Source of the DNA: Chlamydiae bacterium RIFCSPLOWO2_12_FULL_49_12
GTDB taxonomy: Bacteria; Chlamydiota; Chlamydiia; Chlamydiales; Rhabdochlamydiaceae
Length of the DNA: 64,000 bases
Reading direction: 5' to 3'
Assembly: GCA_001796315.1 (NCBI GenBank)
Contig: MGME01000004.1
Location: forward strand, 3,795-67,794
Part shown: piece after piece, positions 1 through 8,524 of the stretch
How positions within the stretch are numbered: position 1 is the first letter of the stretch
How the letters are laid out: every line of letters starts with the position of its first letter
Program-made: the position numbers and the translations under genes
The notes under the pieces: model-generated
What the model was told of the DNA's origin: nothing
What the model saw: only the letters and a program-made list of their open reading frames with translations
The model's database searches: none

Positions 1-310
1 GACCCTTACCGTGCGCGCTAACGCGCCCCGCTCCCATTTTGGCAAAGGATGGGAGCAATTTACCGATGCAGTCATTCGGCTTCTCTTTAAAAGAGAAGAT
101 CCCTTGGTCTTTCTTCTTTGGGGAAAGTCCGCTCAAGAAAAATACCACCGGATCATTCAGATGGGCAAGGGGCCTCATCTTGTCTTGATGGCGGCTCATC
201 CTTCGCCCTATTCCGCCTCTAGCGGTTTTTTCGGCTGTCGTCATTTTTCCAAAACAAATGCCTTCTTGCAAAAATGGAAAAAGACGTCGATTAATTGGGC
301 TATATCTTGA
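1..310 (+). CDS. ung: Uracil-DNA glycosylase, C-terminal part (5' end lies outside the window)
   Basis: The ORF is open from the window edge. The tail LTVRANAPRSHFGKGWEQFTDAVI...AAHPSPYSASSGFFGCRHFSKTN matches family-1 UDG motifs (HPSP.SA, GFFG.RHFS). Confidence 0.85.
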   Translation, partial: TLTVRANAPRSHFGKGWEQFTDAVIRLLFKREDPLVFLLWGKSAQEKYHRIIQMGKGPHLVLMAAHPSPYSASSGFFGCRHFSKTNAFLQKWKKTSINWAIS

Positions 311-360
311 AAAAATAGACAAGTATTTGTATGAAGGGGATTAGAAGTAATTATTTACTT

Positions 361-524
361 TATACTGAACGCGCTTGAAAAATTGGAATTTCGGCTGCGC
401 CAATGCTTCGGGGTTCAACGATCGCATCTTGCCCCCTATTGTCATATTGGGCGACGTGCGATCGTCGAGCCTGGGGGAGCTTTCGCGTCGGCCCAAATCT
501 AATTTTTGAAGTGCTTTCGGTATA
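361..524. repeat. Palindromic element, family B, copy B1 (164 bp hairpin)
   Basis: Termini are TATACTGAACGCGCTTGAAAAATTGG ... AATTTTTGAAGTGCTTTCGGTATA, complementary arm to arm. It contains the ACGATCGCA...TGCGATCGT core shared with B2 and B3. Confidence 0.9.
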
Positions 525-530
525 GTTCCT

Positions 531-818
531 ATGAGAAAAAAGAGAAGAAAAAATATACTCTCTTCGCTGGCAGATCTCGATTTTTTAGAAGATCTCGCCC
601 CTTCTTTAGAAGAGAGTCCTTTTAAGAAGGCCTTGAAAAGATATTTTGCAGAGAGTGCTGACTTATATTCTAAGCAGCACCTCCAGCAAGAGATGCTGCT
701 GCTTAGAAAGGCGCTCAAAGAGATGGACGAGGCCAAGATGGCGCACGCCCTGATGCAGGAGACGCGAAAAAAACTGCAGAGCGCCTATCAGGAGCTGCTC
801 GAGAAGTCGAAGGCTTGA
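531..818 (+). CDS. Hypothetical small charged, coiled-coil-like protein (95 aa)
   Basis: ATG-initiated ORF with plausible helical composition. Its stop overlaps the next ORF by 4 nt (TTGA). No family recognised. Confidence 0.4.
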   Translation: MRKKRRKNILSSLADLDFLEDLAPSLEESPFKKALKRYFAESADLYSKQHLQQEMLLLRKALKEMDEAKMAHALMQETRKKLQSAYQELLEKSKA

Positions 819-835
819 ACTCTCTTAAAAAAAAG

Positions 836-1687
836 ATGACAAAACTGAAAGAAAGAAAGCTTTTTGTTGTTCTTTTTCTCTTTGCCGCGCTCATGCCGGA
901 GTTTACAGGATGGAAGAGGGAGCATTTTATGCGCGCGCGGCTCAGCGCTTTTGTCTTGCGATCTAAAGAGGTACAGGAGAGGCCTATCCGCATCAGCTCT
1001 AAGGAGCTTTATGAACGCAAGCAAAAGAGGGAGAAGATTCTTCTTTTGGACGTGAGAGAAAAAAATGAATTTGAAGAAGAGCACATTCCTGGGGCGCTTC
1101 ATTTTCCCAAGAGCCAATTTGATCGAAAAGATCCCGCATTAATGGAGATTTTGGAAAAGACGCCTAAGGATGAAATGGTAGTGACTTACTGTGGAGCGGG
1201 CCATCGGTCGGGATGGGTGGCGATCTCTTTACGCAAGATGGGCTTTAAACATGTTTGGAATCTGGATGGAATCTCCTTTTGGAAGCGGTATCGTTTTCCG
1301 CTTGTCACAGGAGTGATCGTAAAAGGCGAAGAGGAGCCCCTTCGCATAGGGACCGAAGAAGTGTGGTACATGTACAGGAGTTTTACAGACGTGCTCTTCG
1401 TCGACGTGAGAGATGTAAAAGAGTTTGAAGAAGGTCATATCGAAGGAGCAGTGAGCATTCCTCTGACAGAGTTGGAAGGGCGGCTTGCAGAAATTCCGCA
1501 AGACAAAGATAAAGTCTTCTATTGCAGCGGAACTGACGGGGAGGGTCTTTGTTCGTCCAGTCTGAGTGCGGCGCGCATTCTCATCCACAAGGGCTTTCCT
1601 TTTGGAAAAATCAAGGTGTACGAAGGGGGATTTGGAGCGTGGAAGAGCCTTGGGCTTCCAATTACACTTGGGGATCGGGGATCTTAA
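836..1687 (+). CDS. Tandem rhodanese-domain sulfurtransferase-like protein
   Basis: Two rhodanese modules: LLLDVREKNEFEEEHIPGALHFP...YCGAGHRSGW and LFVDVRDVKEFEEGHIEGAVSIP...FYCSG. Hydrophobic N-terminus. The first ATG is at 836; the ORF track starts at TTG 815. Confidence 0.8.
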   Translation: MTKLKERKLFVVLFLFAALMPEFTGWKREHFMRARLSAFVLRSKEVQERPIRISSKELYERKQKREKILLLDVREKNEFEEEHIPGALHFPKSQFDRKDPALMEILEKTPKDEMVVTYCGAGHRSGWVAISLRKMGFKHVWNLDGISFWKRYRFPLVTGVIVKGEEEPLRIGTEEVWYMYRSFTDVLFVDVRDVKEFEEGHIEGAVSIPLTELEGRLAEIPQDKDKVFYCSGTDGEGLCSSSLSAARILIHKGFPFGKIKVYEGGFGAWKSLGLPITLGDRGS

Positions 1688-3098
1688 CCTTTAAGGGGGG
1701 AAGAGAAGCAAGAAGAGGAGCGATTTCTTCGTTCAAAAAGCGCATCACTTGAGAGGGGGCGAGTCCCACAAGGGAGCTTTCGGATGCCGCTCTTTTAATC
1801 TCTTCGTCAGAGAGCGCGATTTGGGGGTCTTGGGCAAGAGCGCCCAAGAGGTCGGGGAGGATGCCGGTCTTTTTGAGTTGCTCTTTAGCTTTAAGCGCGT
1901 GGCTGCGCAAGCATTCATGGATGGTTTGGCGCTCTTTTCCTCTTTTGACAGATTCCATCAAAATGTTTTCCAGAGCAAGAAAGGGAATTTCTTCCTCCAG
2001 GTGTTTTTTGATGAAGCGCTCGGAGACGGTAAGCCCTCTTGTCAGGTGGATGAGTTCGTTGCAAAGCGCGTCTGCACACAGAAAGGACTCAGGGAGAGAG
2101 CAGCGGCGGTTTGCAGAATCGTCTAAGCTGCGCTCGAGCCATTGGGCGGCCGCCGTATAGGCGGGGTTTTCGCTCAGCGAGATGAGATAGCGCGCGAGCG
2201 AGCAGATGCGCTCGGAACGATGAGGATTTTGCTTGTAGGGCATGGCAGAGGAGCCGACCTGGCTTTTTAAAAAGGGCTCTTCCACCTCCTTTAAGTGGGC
2301 GAGCAGGCGGATGTCCGAAGCCATTTTATGAGCGGACGTTGCAAAAGAGGCGAGGGAGCTTACGAGGAGCTGATCCCACTTTCTGGAATAGGTTTGAGAG
2401 GAGAGAGAGACGCTTTTTGCAAATCCCATCGCCTTGGTGACGTAGCGGTCGAGCGCTTCGACTCTCTTTTCATCTCCCTGAAAGAGGGTAAGGAAAGAGG
2501 CCTGGCTTCCCGTCGCGCCCTTGACGCCTAAAAAGGGCAGCTCGTCGCAGCGTCGTTGCAATTCTTGAAAGTCCAGAAGGAAGTCTTGAAGCCACAAAGA
2601 GGCCCTCTTGCCGACAGTTGTGGGCTGCGCGGGCTGCAGATGGGTAAAGCTTAAACAGGGAAGAGAGGCGTGCTTTTTGGCGAAGATAAAGAGCGCGCGA
2701 AGAAGGGCGGGGAACTTTTGTAGAAGGAGCTTGAGTCCCTGTTGCATTTGGATCAGATCGGTATTGTCCGTCACAAAGGAGGAGGTCGCTCCCAGGTGGA
2801 TGATGGCTCGAGCCTTGGGACAGAGCTTGCCGTAGGCGTGGATGTGGGCCATGACGTCGTGGCGGAATTGTTTTTCATATCGGAGGCACTGTTTCAGGTT
2901 GAGCGTCTTCTTTTGGGCTTCGAGCTCTTTGATTTGCGCTTCTGTGATAGGAAGGCCGAGCCGCTTCTCTCCTTTGGCAAGGGCAATCCAAAGAGAGCGC
3001 CAGGTTGTATATTTAAAGACGGGAGAAAAGAGATAGGACATCTCTTGGCTGGCATAGCGCGTAGAAAGGGGAGTTTCATAGCGGGAAGAAAGGCTCAT
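1662..3098 (-). CDS. purB: Adenylosuccinate lyase
   Basis: RYETPLSTRYASQEMSYLFSPVFKYTTWRSLWIALAKGEKRLGLPIT resembles ADSL-type lyases, and the fumarate-lyase signature GSSAMPYKQNP is present. ATG 3098 overlaps the upstream stop as ATGA. Confidence 0.9.
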   Translation of the reverse strand: MSLSSRYETPLSTRYASQEMSYLFSPVFKYTTWRSLWIALAKGEKRLGLPITEAQIKELEAQKKTLNLKQCLRYEKQFRHDVMAHIHAYGKLCPKARAIIHLGATSSFVTDNTDLIQMQQGLKLLLQKFPALLRALFIFAKKHASLPCLSFTHLQPAQPTTVGKRASLWLQDFLLDFQELQRRCDELPFLGVKGATGSQASFLTLFQGDEKRVEALDRYVTKAMGFAKSVSLSSQTYSRKWDQLLVSSLASFATSAHKMASDIRLLAHLKEVEEPFLKSQVGSSAMPYKQNPHRSERICSLARYLISLSENPAYTAAAQWLERSLDDSANRRCSLPESFLCADALCNELIHLTRGLTVSERFIKKHLEEEIPFLALENILMESVKRGKERQTIHECLRSHALKAKEQLKKTGILPDLLGALAQDPQIALSDEEIKRAASESSLVGLAPSQVMRFLNEEIAPLLASLPPLKVKIPDPQV

Positions 3099-3844
3099 GG
3101 ACCTTGCTTTGCGTAAGATTTGAAGGCGTCCAAGAGCTGACAAAGCCGCCTCTTTTGATCCTCCGTGGGTACAAAATGGGGCTCGTGGAAGAGTCTTTGG
3201 AGCCGCTTTAAAGAGGAGATGATGAGTTCAGCGATATCTTGAGCGCGCCTGTCTTCTTGAGCAAGAGGAAAGGTTTGGCGGATCAAGGAGAGCAGCTCTT
3301 GTTTGGGCTCGCCCCGATAATTTTTTATGATCTCCTCTTTTACGTTCAACGAACCCGAGCGGCTGGCGAGCGCATAGATGACTTGCCTTGGCATTTCCTC
3401 GAGCTTGGAATGGAGGATATGGGGGAGGGCGCGATAGAGCTCAAAGTATTGAAGAAAGTTGTAGGGTGTTTGGCGATTGCCATAGGTAGCGATCAGCCAG
3501 GCGGAAAAGGCGCCGTCGCGGTATTTTTTCAAAATTTCCTGCGCCTTTTTGATTCTTTCTCCGTGAAGGATGGCGGCCTGATTGTTGATGGCCTTCACTT
3601 CCGAAGAGATGTTGGCAAGAGTCAGCAGGTCGTCTTGAATATCCTGCTTTTCGCCCTGACTGTATTCGGAGAGGATGCTCTCAATGCGATGGCGTTCAAA
3701 ATCGCTTAAGGGCGTCACGCGAAAGAGTCCGGAAAAACTCGAAAGATTGCCGCTTGAAGAGAGATGGGCCAGGCTTGTCATCTTGGATAATTTTTCTGTG
3801 GCGTTTTTAAGCCTTTTTGCCAGCATGGAATTGACTTTTACCAT
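3095..3844 (-). CDS. pGP6-D-like protein (chromosomal paralog of a chlamydial plasmid protein, CT583-type)
   Basis: It lies just downstream of the ParA-like gene next to thrS, as in Chlamydia CT581-583. The region AILHGERIKKAQEILKK...FSAWL...PYNFLQYFELYRALP recalls pGP6-D as I remember it. ATG 3844 is preceded by GAGGAG. Confidence 0.55.
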   Translation of the reverse strand: MVKVNSMLAKRLKNATEKLSKMTSLAHLSSSGNLSSFSGLFRVTPLSDFERHRIESILSEYSQGEKQDIQDDLLTLANISSEVKAINNQAAILHGERIKKAQEILKKYRDGAFSAWLIATYGNRQTPYNFLQYFELYRALPHILHSKLEEMPRQVIYALASRSGSLNVKEEIIKNYRGEPKQELLSLIRQTFPLAQEDRRAQDIAELIISSLKRLQRLFHEPHFVPTEDQKRRLCQLLDAFKSYAKQGP

Positions 3845-3860
3845 CTTTTGTCTCCTCACT

Positions 3861-4025
3861 TGTACACAAGTTGATCCAAGAATCGGTTTTTGGCCAGCGC
3901 AAAAACTCCCGCGGTTGGCCTATCGTAAGTGGGTCAATATTAAACTAATATGGACCCATTTACGATAGGACAACCCCGGGGCTTGGGCGCGGCCCAAAAC
4001 CGATTCTTGAGTCAACTTGCGTATA
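3861..4025. repeat. Palindromic element, family A, copy A1 (165 bp hairpin)
   Basis: TGTACACAAGTTGATCCAAGAATCGG ... CCGATTCTTGAGTCAACTTGCGTATA with apex GGGTCAATATTAAACTAATATGGACCC. It sits between parA and the pGP6-like gene and overlaps the parA 3' end. Confidence 0.92.
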
Positions 4026-4778
4026 AATACGAGCCAGCACTTCCTTTGTTAAAGAAAGGTAATCGTGCGCCGCTCTGCTTTTTGGGGCTGTTTTAAAGAC
4101 GGGTTTTCCAAAGACCGAGGCTTCGGAGATGCGGATATCTCTTCGAATCTTCGACTGGAAGAGGCGCTCTGGAAAAGTCTCTTCAATGACTTCTAAAAAC
4201 GCTTGGTTGCTCTTTCCCCGCTCATTCCAAAAAGAGAGGGCGACGCCTACAATCGAAAAGGGGTGACGCTCGGCGATGTTTTTCATGAAGTGAGAGAGCC
4301 GCTGCAATCCTTTCACGCTGTAAAACTCCGGCGTTGCGCAGATAAGCGAGTGCTCTGCGGCGATGAGCGCAGATTCCGTGAGCCAGCAGAGCGAGGGGGG
4401 AGTGTCGATGAGGATGATCTCATAGCTTAAAGTTTTGAGCAGCGCTTTAAGGCGTTCATGGGAGTAGCGGTCGGCTGCCAGCACCCCTGTCACCTCGATG
4501 CGCTCCAGCCAGGTGTCTGCGGGAAGAAGATGAAGATTTTTCACTCCGGTCTTGACGATCACATCCTGGATCTTTTTTTTGCCTTGGAGCACAGGCGCAA
4601 GGCTGTCTTGCCTGTCCGGATCGTAACCGAGGCCTGTTGTCAAGTTGGCTTGCGCATCAAAATCAATCAAAAGGACCTTTTTTTTGTGAAAAAGCGCAAG
4701 CGCCGCTCCCACATGCAAGGCTGTAGAGGTCTTGGCCGTCCCCCCTTTAAAACTACTGACTGCAATGATCTTAGACAT
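3960..4778 (-). CDS. parA: ParA/MinD-family partition ATPase
   Basis: N-terminal deviant Walker A (SSFKGGTAKTSTALHVG) and ParA/Soj-like length. The last 21 codons (YTQVDSRIGFGPRPSPGVVLS) are encoded by repeat A1. Confidence 0.85.
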   Translation of the reverse strand: MSKIIAVSSFKGGTAKTSTALHVGAALALFHKKKVLLIDFDAQANLTTGLGYDPDRQDSLAPVLQGKKKIQDVIVKTGVKNLHLLPADTWLERIEVTGVLAADRYSHERLKALLKTLSYEIILIDTPPSLCWLTESALIAAEHSLICATPEFYSVKGLQRLSHFMKNIAERHPFSIVGVALSFWNERGKSNQAFLEVIEETFPERLFQSKIRRDIRISEASVFGKPVFKTAPKSRAAHDYLSLTKEVLARIYTQVDSRIGFGPRPSPGVVLS

Positions 4779-4788
4779 CTAAAAAAAA

Positions 4789-4850
4789 TGTTATTCCTCG
4801 CGAGAATCGATCTGGCTTTGCCGCGCAGCGCATCTTGGCGCTTGTTTAGG
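4789..4850. repeat. Half-copy of palindromic family C (C1, one arm only)
   Basis: TGTTATTCCTCGCGAGAATCGATCTGGCTTTGCCGCGCAGCGCATCTTGGCGCTTGTTTAGG aligns with the right arm of C3 (59279-59342). Confidence 0.8.
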
Positions 4851-6743
4851 TAGTACCCTTTGATTCTTTTCCTCTCTTAAGTTTTCCAGGAAGTGCGGAA
4901 GGGCCACTTCTCCATGAACAACATTATCCCTTGTTCTCAGATTGACGGTTTTATTTTCAAGTTCTTTATCGCCAATTGTCAAAATGTAGTTGATCTGCAA
5001 GAGTTGGGCGTTTCTGACTTTTTTTGAAACCGATTCGTTGCTGTCGTCGACGTCGCAAATCAGCCCGCTCTTTTTGATCTCGCGTTCGACATGGCGCGCC
5101 CTCTCGATGTGGCGGTCTGCAACGGTGAGGATGCGTACCTGATGCGGACTCAGCCAGAGGGGAAACCTGCCGGCAAAATGTTCAATCAGAATGCCAAAGA
5201 AGCGTTCAATCGACCCAAAAATGGCTCGATGGATCATCACAGGCCGTTTGCGCTCTCCGTCGCAATCCGTGTATTCGAGTTCAAATTTTTCGGGAAGGGA
5301 CATGTCAAGCTGAATGGTGCCGCACTGCCAGCGCCGGCCCAGGGCGTCGCGGACGTGCAGATCGATCTTCGGTCCGTAAAAGGCCCCCTCGCCCTCGTTG
5401 ATCTGGTAAGGTTCATCCCACTCGTCTAAAGCGCCTTTCAACCCTTCTGTCGCGATCTTCCACTCTTGGGCGGAGCCGATGCTCTTTTCGGGCCGTGTGG
5501 AGAGTTCCAGGGAATAGCTAAGCCCAAAGGCGCTGTAAATCTTCTCAACCAGAGCAAAGAGGTCTAAGATCTCCTCCCTGATGTCTGATGGTCTCATGAA
5601 CAGGTGGGCGTCGTCCTGATGGAAGCTGCGGACGCGAAAGAGGCCGCTTAACGCTCCGGAGGGTTCGTGCCGGTGGACGTGGCCAAATTCCGCAATCCTT
5701 AAAGGGAATTCCCGGTAGCTATGGCTCTTTGTTTTGAAATAGAGCATGCAGCCGGGGCAGCTCATCGGCTTGATGGCGAAGTTGCGCTCTTCGATGGAAA
5801 AGGCGTACATGTTCTCTCTGTAGTACATCCAATGGCCCGAGCGCTCCCACAGCTCTTGGCTCATCAGCTGCGGAGTTTTGATCTCGATATATCCCGCCTC
5901 TTGATGAAGCTCTCTCCAAAAGGCAAGAAGCGCATTCCAGATGATCATTCCCTTAGGATGGATAAAGGGCATTCCGGGAGCCTCTTCCTGAAGTGAAAAG
6001 AGATCGAGCCTGGGGCCGAGAAGCTTGTGATCCCGTTTTTTTGCCTCCTCGAGCAGGGCGAGATAGTCCTGAAGCTGCTTGCGGTCGGGGTAGGAGATGG
6101 CGTAGATCCTCGTGAGCATCTCGCGCTTGGAATCTCCTCTCCAATAAGCTCCTGCGGTCTTGAGAACCTTAAAAGCTTTGATCTTTCCCAGATTATACAG
6201 GTGAGGGCCGCGGCACAGATCAAAAAACTCCCCTTGGGAATAGGCGGTGATAGGTCCTTCTTCAAACCCTTCGATCAGCTCGGTTTTGTAGGGGTTGTGA
6301 TCAAAGCGCTCGATTGCCTCTTCTTTGTCCTTAAAGTGAAAGCGGAGGGAGAGATAATTCTCCTTGAGAATTTTTTGGATCTCTTGCTCCAGGAGCTCAA
6401 AATCCTTATCCGAGATCTCCAGGTTGGCAAAATCGTAGTAGAATCCATTTTCAATGGGAGGTCCAATCGTTGGAGTAGCCTTGGGCCAGAGGCGCAAAAC
6501 GGCTTGCGCCAAGACGTGTGCGGAGGAATGCCAGAAGACCTCTTTTCCTTCTTTGTTCTCAAAATTGTAAAAGATCACTTCGTCGCCTTCTGCCAACGGG
6601 GTCGAGAAGTCTCGAAAGACGCCGTTAATCGAGACGGCGACCGCTTCGTGCGGAGATGTCAGATTGAGCGCGTCGGCGACCTCCTTTGCGCAGCTTCCGT
6701 CCTTGAATTCTAATTTTCCTCGATCCTTAACTTTAATAAACAT
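4791..6743 (-). CDS. thrS: Threonine--tRNA ligase
   Basis: 650 aa with a TGS-like N-terminus and class II core motifs (RDHKLLG, FRVRSFHQDDAHLF, GAFYGPKID). The last 19 codons fall in half-element C1. Confidence 0.95.
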   Translation of the reverse strand: MFIKVKDRGKLEFKDGSCAKEVADALNLTSPHEAVAVSINGVFRDFSTPLAEGDEVIFYNFENKEGKEVFWHSSAHVLAQAVLRLWPKATPTIGPPIENGFYYDFANLEISDKDFELLEQEIQKILKENYLSLRFHFKDKEEAIERFDHNPYKTELIEGFEEGPITAYSQGEFFDLCRGPHLYNLGKIKAFKVLKTAGAYWRGDSKREMLTRIYAISYPDRKQLQDYLALLEEAKKRDHKLLGPRLDLFSLQEEAPGMPFIHPKGMIIWNALLAFWRELHQEAGYIEIKTPQLMSQELWERSGHWMYYRENMYAFSIEERNFAIKPMSCPGCMLYFKTKSHSYREFPLRIAEFGHVHRHEPSGALSGLFRVRSFHQDDAHLFMRPSDIREEILDLFALVEKIYSAFGLSYSLELSTRPEKSIGSAQEWKIATEGLKGALDEWDEPYQINEGEGAFYGPKIDLHVRDALGRRWQCGTIQLDMSLPEKFELEYTDCDGERKRPVMIHRAIFGSIERFFGILIEHFAGRFPLWLSPHQVRILTVADRHIERARHVEREIKKSGLICDVDDSNESVSKKVRNAQLLQINYILTIGDKELENKTVNLRTRDNVVHGEVALPHFLENLREEKNQRVLPKQAPRCAARQSQIDSREE

Positions 6744-7005
6744 GGTAATATCACCGGTAAAATGGGCAAAGTTAGAATTGTAACGAGATCTCTTTCAAAA
6801 GACAAGGAGCAGTTCATCCCTCCTACGGCGAAAACCCGGCCCGTAAGAGCCATGTCTAAGATGGGGGAAAGCGGCAGCCCGCAGATCTTGCTGCCTGGTT
6901 TAAAGCGTCACTTTAAAATAGACGCTATTTTGACTCTTAAATTCTTGACTGTTTTAAGGTGATGAGTTAAGGTTGCCAAAAAGATCTGAAATTCAGGAGC
7001 TTAGA

Positions 7006-8220
7006 ATGTTTTCGAGAGAGTTGGCCGGAACTTTAAAAAAATATGCCAAATTTCCGGTTGTTGCCTTATTAGGGCCCAGGCAGTCAGGAAAAACAACGCT
7101 AGTTCAAAATGTTTTTCAAAAGCATAAATTTTTGAGTTTAGACAATGAGATGACACAGATATTTGCATTGGAAGATCCTGAAGGCTTTTTATCAACCAAT
7201 GAGAATGAGCATGGGATCATTTTAGATGAGTTTCAGTATGCCCCAAAGCTTACAACGTATATTAAATTGGAAGCGGACAAAAAAAAACGGCCTGGTTACT
7301 TTATTTTAACAGGATCACAAAACTTTTTGGTAAATAAAGCAATTACCGAGTCTTTAGCCGGCAGAGTTGGCATATTAAATCTTTTACCGCTGTCTAATAA
7401 AGAGCTTTTTGAAAACAAATTAACCTCTGGAGCTCTGAACGAAATGATGTTCTATGGTGGGTATCCAAGAATTTATGCCGAAAATATTTTACCTACAGAA
7501 TTTTACCCTTCTTATATTTTATCCTACATTCAGAGGGATGTCGGGCAGTTCATAACACCCAAAAATATAGCTACCTTCCGGCGATTTGTTCAATTATGTG
7601 CTGGTAGAATTGGCCAATTATGCAATGTCCATGCTTTAGCCGCTGAAACGGGCATATCTTCTCCTACTGCCAAAGAATGGCTTTCTATATTAGAAGCAAG
7701 CTATGTTTTATTTTTTTTAGAACCTCATTTTCAAAATTTTAATAAAAGATTAGTTAAAACCCCGAAGCTGTATTTTTTTGATACTGGTCTAGCGTGTTCG
7801 CTCTTAAGAATCGACTCTCCAGAAGCGTTAAGCAATTCACATTTTCAGGGAGCTGTGTTTGAGTCTTTCATCATTTCCGATCTCTATAAGCAACAGTGCA
7901 ATGAGGGGCTTCGTCCTTCATTATATTTTTGGCGTGATAGCGGAGGAGCGCATGAAGTTGATTGTATTTTAGATCAAGGCGATCAATGTTACCCTATAGA
8001 AATAAAAGCAGGGAAAAGTGTTGCAAGCGACTCCTTCCGAGGGCTTGATTATTGGAATAAACTTGCCAATGTCAAGCCACAGAACTCCTATTTGATCTAT
8101 GCAAATGATGAAAAACAATTAAGAAAGCAAGGTAAAGTTATTGGATGGAAGGAGTCAAGCTCTTTATTAAGAAGTATTATTTCAGAAAAAAACGAAAGTA
8201 TTAACCCGAGACTCAAATAG
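7006..8220 (+). CDS. AAA+ ATPase with C-terminal DUF4143-like domain (COG1373-type)
   Basis: Walker A is LLGPRQSGKTTL and Walker B is IILDEFQ. The C-terminal half ends with a restriction-endonuclease-like segment (HEVDCILDQ...YPIEIK). Visibly more AT-rich than its neighbours. The first ATG is at 7006. Confidence 0.8.
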   Translation: MFSRELAGTLKKYAKFPVVALLGPRQSGKTTLVQNVFQKHKFLSLDNEMTQIFALEDPEGFLSTNENEHGIILDEFQYAPKLTTYIKLEADKKKRPGYFILTGSQNFLVNKAITESLAGRVGILNLLPLSNKELFENKLTSGALNEMMFYGGYPRIYAENILPTEFYPSYILSYIQRDVGQFITPKNIATFRRFVQLCAGRIGQLCNVHALAAETGISSPTAKEWLSILEASYVLFFLEPHFQNFNKRLVKTPKLYFFDTGLACSLLRIDSPEALSNSHFQGAVFESFIISDLYKQQCNEGLRPSLYFWRDSGGAHEVDCILDQGDQCYPIEIKAGKSVASDSFRGLDYWNKLANVKPQNSYLIYANDEKQLRKQGKVIGWKESSSLLRSIISEKNESINPRLK

Positions 8221-8360
8221 GTGACAAGATGCGCTGTGAGGCAAAGCCAGATCGATTCTCGCGAGGAATAACATTCTTGAATACGAAGGATTCCGAGCGA
8301 GAATCGATAGGGCAAAGACGCAACAAGCAGATTGTCACCTGTTTGAGGCTCGGGTTAATA
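8199..8360. repeat. Palindromic element, family C, copy C2 (162 bp hairpin)
   Basis: TATTAACCCGAGACTCAAATAGGTGACAAGATGCGC ... GCAGATTGTCACCTGTTTGAGGCTCGGGTTAATA. It overlaps the last codons and the TAG stop of the ATPase gene. Confidence 0.9.
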
Positions 8361-8524
8361 AGATTGGATTTGATTTTGCAGTGCTCGACTTTGTTTTTTT
8401 TTGGAGACGGTGATTCACGGTGAAAGGGATTTTTCGGGACGGTTTTTTTTCGTTCTTCCTTGCAAAACTGCTTTCATCATAAGCCAAGCCGCTCTAAAAT
8501 CTGTTAGATGAACAGGAACATTTC

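Noticed and set aside
6027-6713. Long antisense or alternative-frame ORFs inside well-supported genes. Examples are 6027..6713 in thrS, 31744..32382 in cdsA, 57693..58409 and 57087..57623 in the MORN gene, 25022..25558 in rpoD and 23214..23768 in the CoiA-like gene.
   Set aside because: They overlap genes with clear family motifs and have low-complexity or Arg/Ser/Gly-rich composition typical of shadow ORFs. None has a recognisable motif.
6744-7005. A possible T-box or other leader structure upstream of thrS, in the 260-bp divergent intergenic region.
   Set aside because: I found no T-box consensus (AANNNGGGTGGNACCGCG-like) and no convincing specifier/antiterminator arrangement on the minus strand. 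Only a short GGCAGC/GCTGCC hairpin is present.
8229-8423. A conserved mini-ORF inside family C elements: MRCEAKPDRFSRGITFLNTKDSERESIGQRRNKQIVTC here and MRCAAKPDQFSREITFLKTKDSKRESLGKSRNKQIVAC at 59186..59386.
   Set aside because: The similarity simply reflects nucleotide identity of the repeat. About 10 of 38 residues differ with no synonymous bias, there is no RBS, and the ORFs run out of the element at different points. The same applies to the VDSRIGFGPR... peptides of family A.
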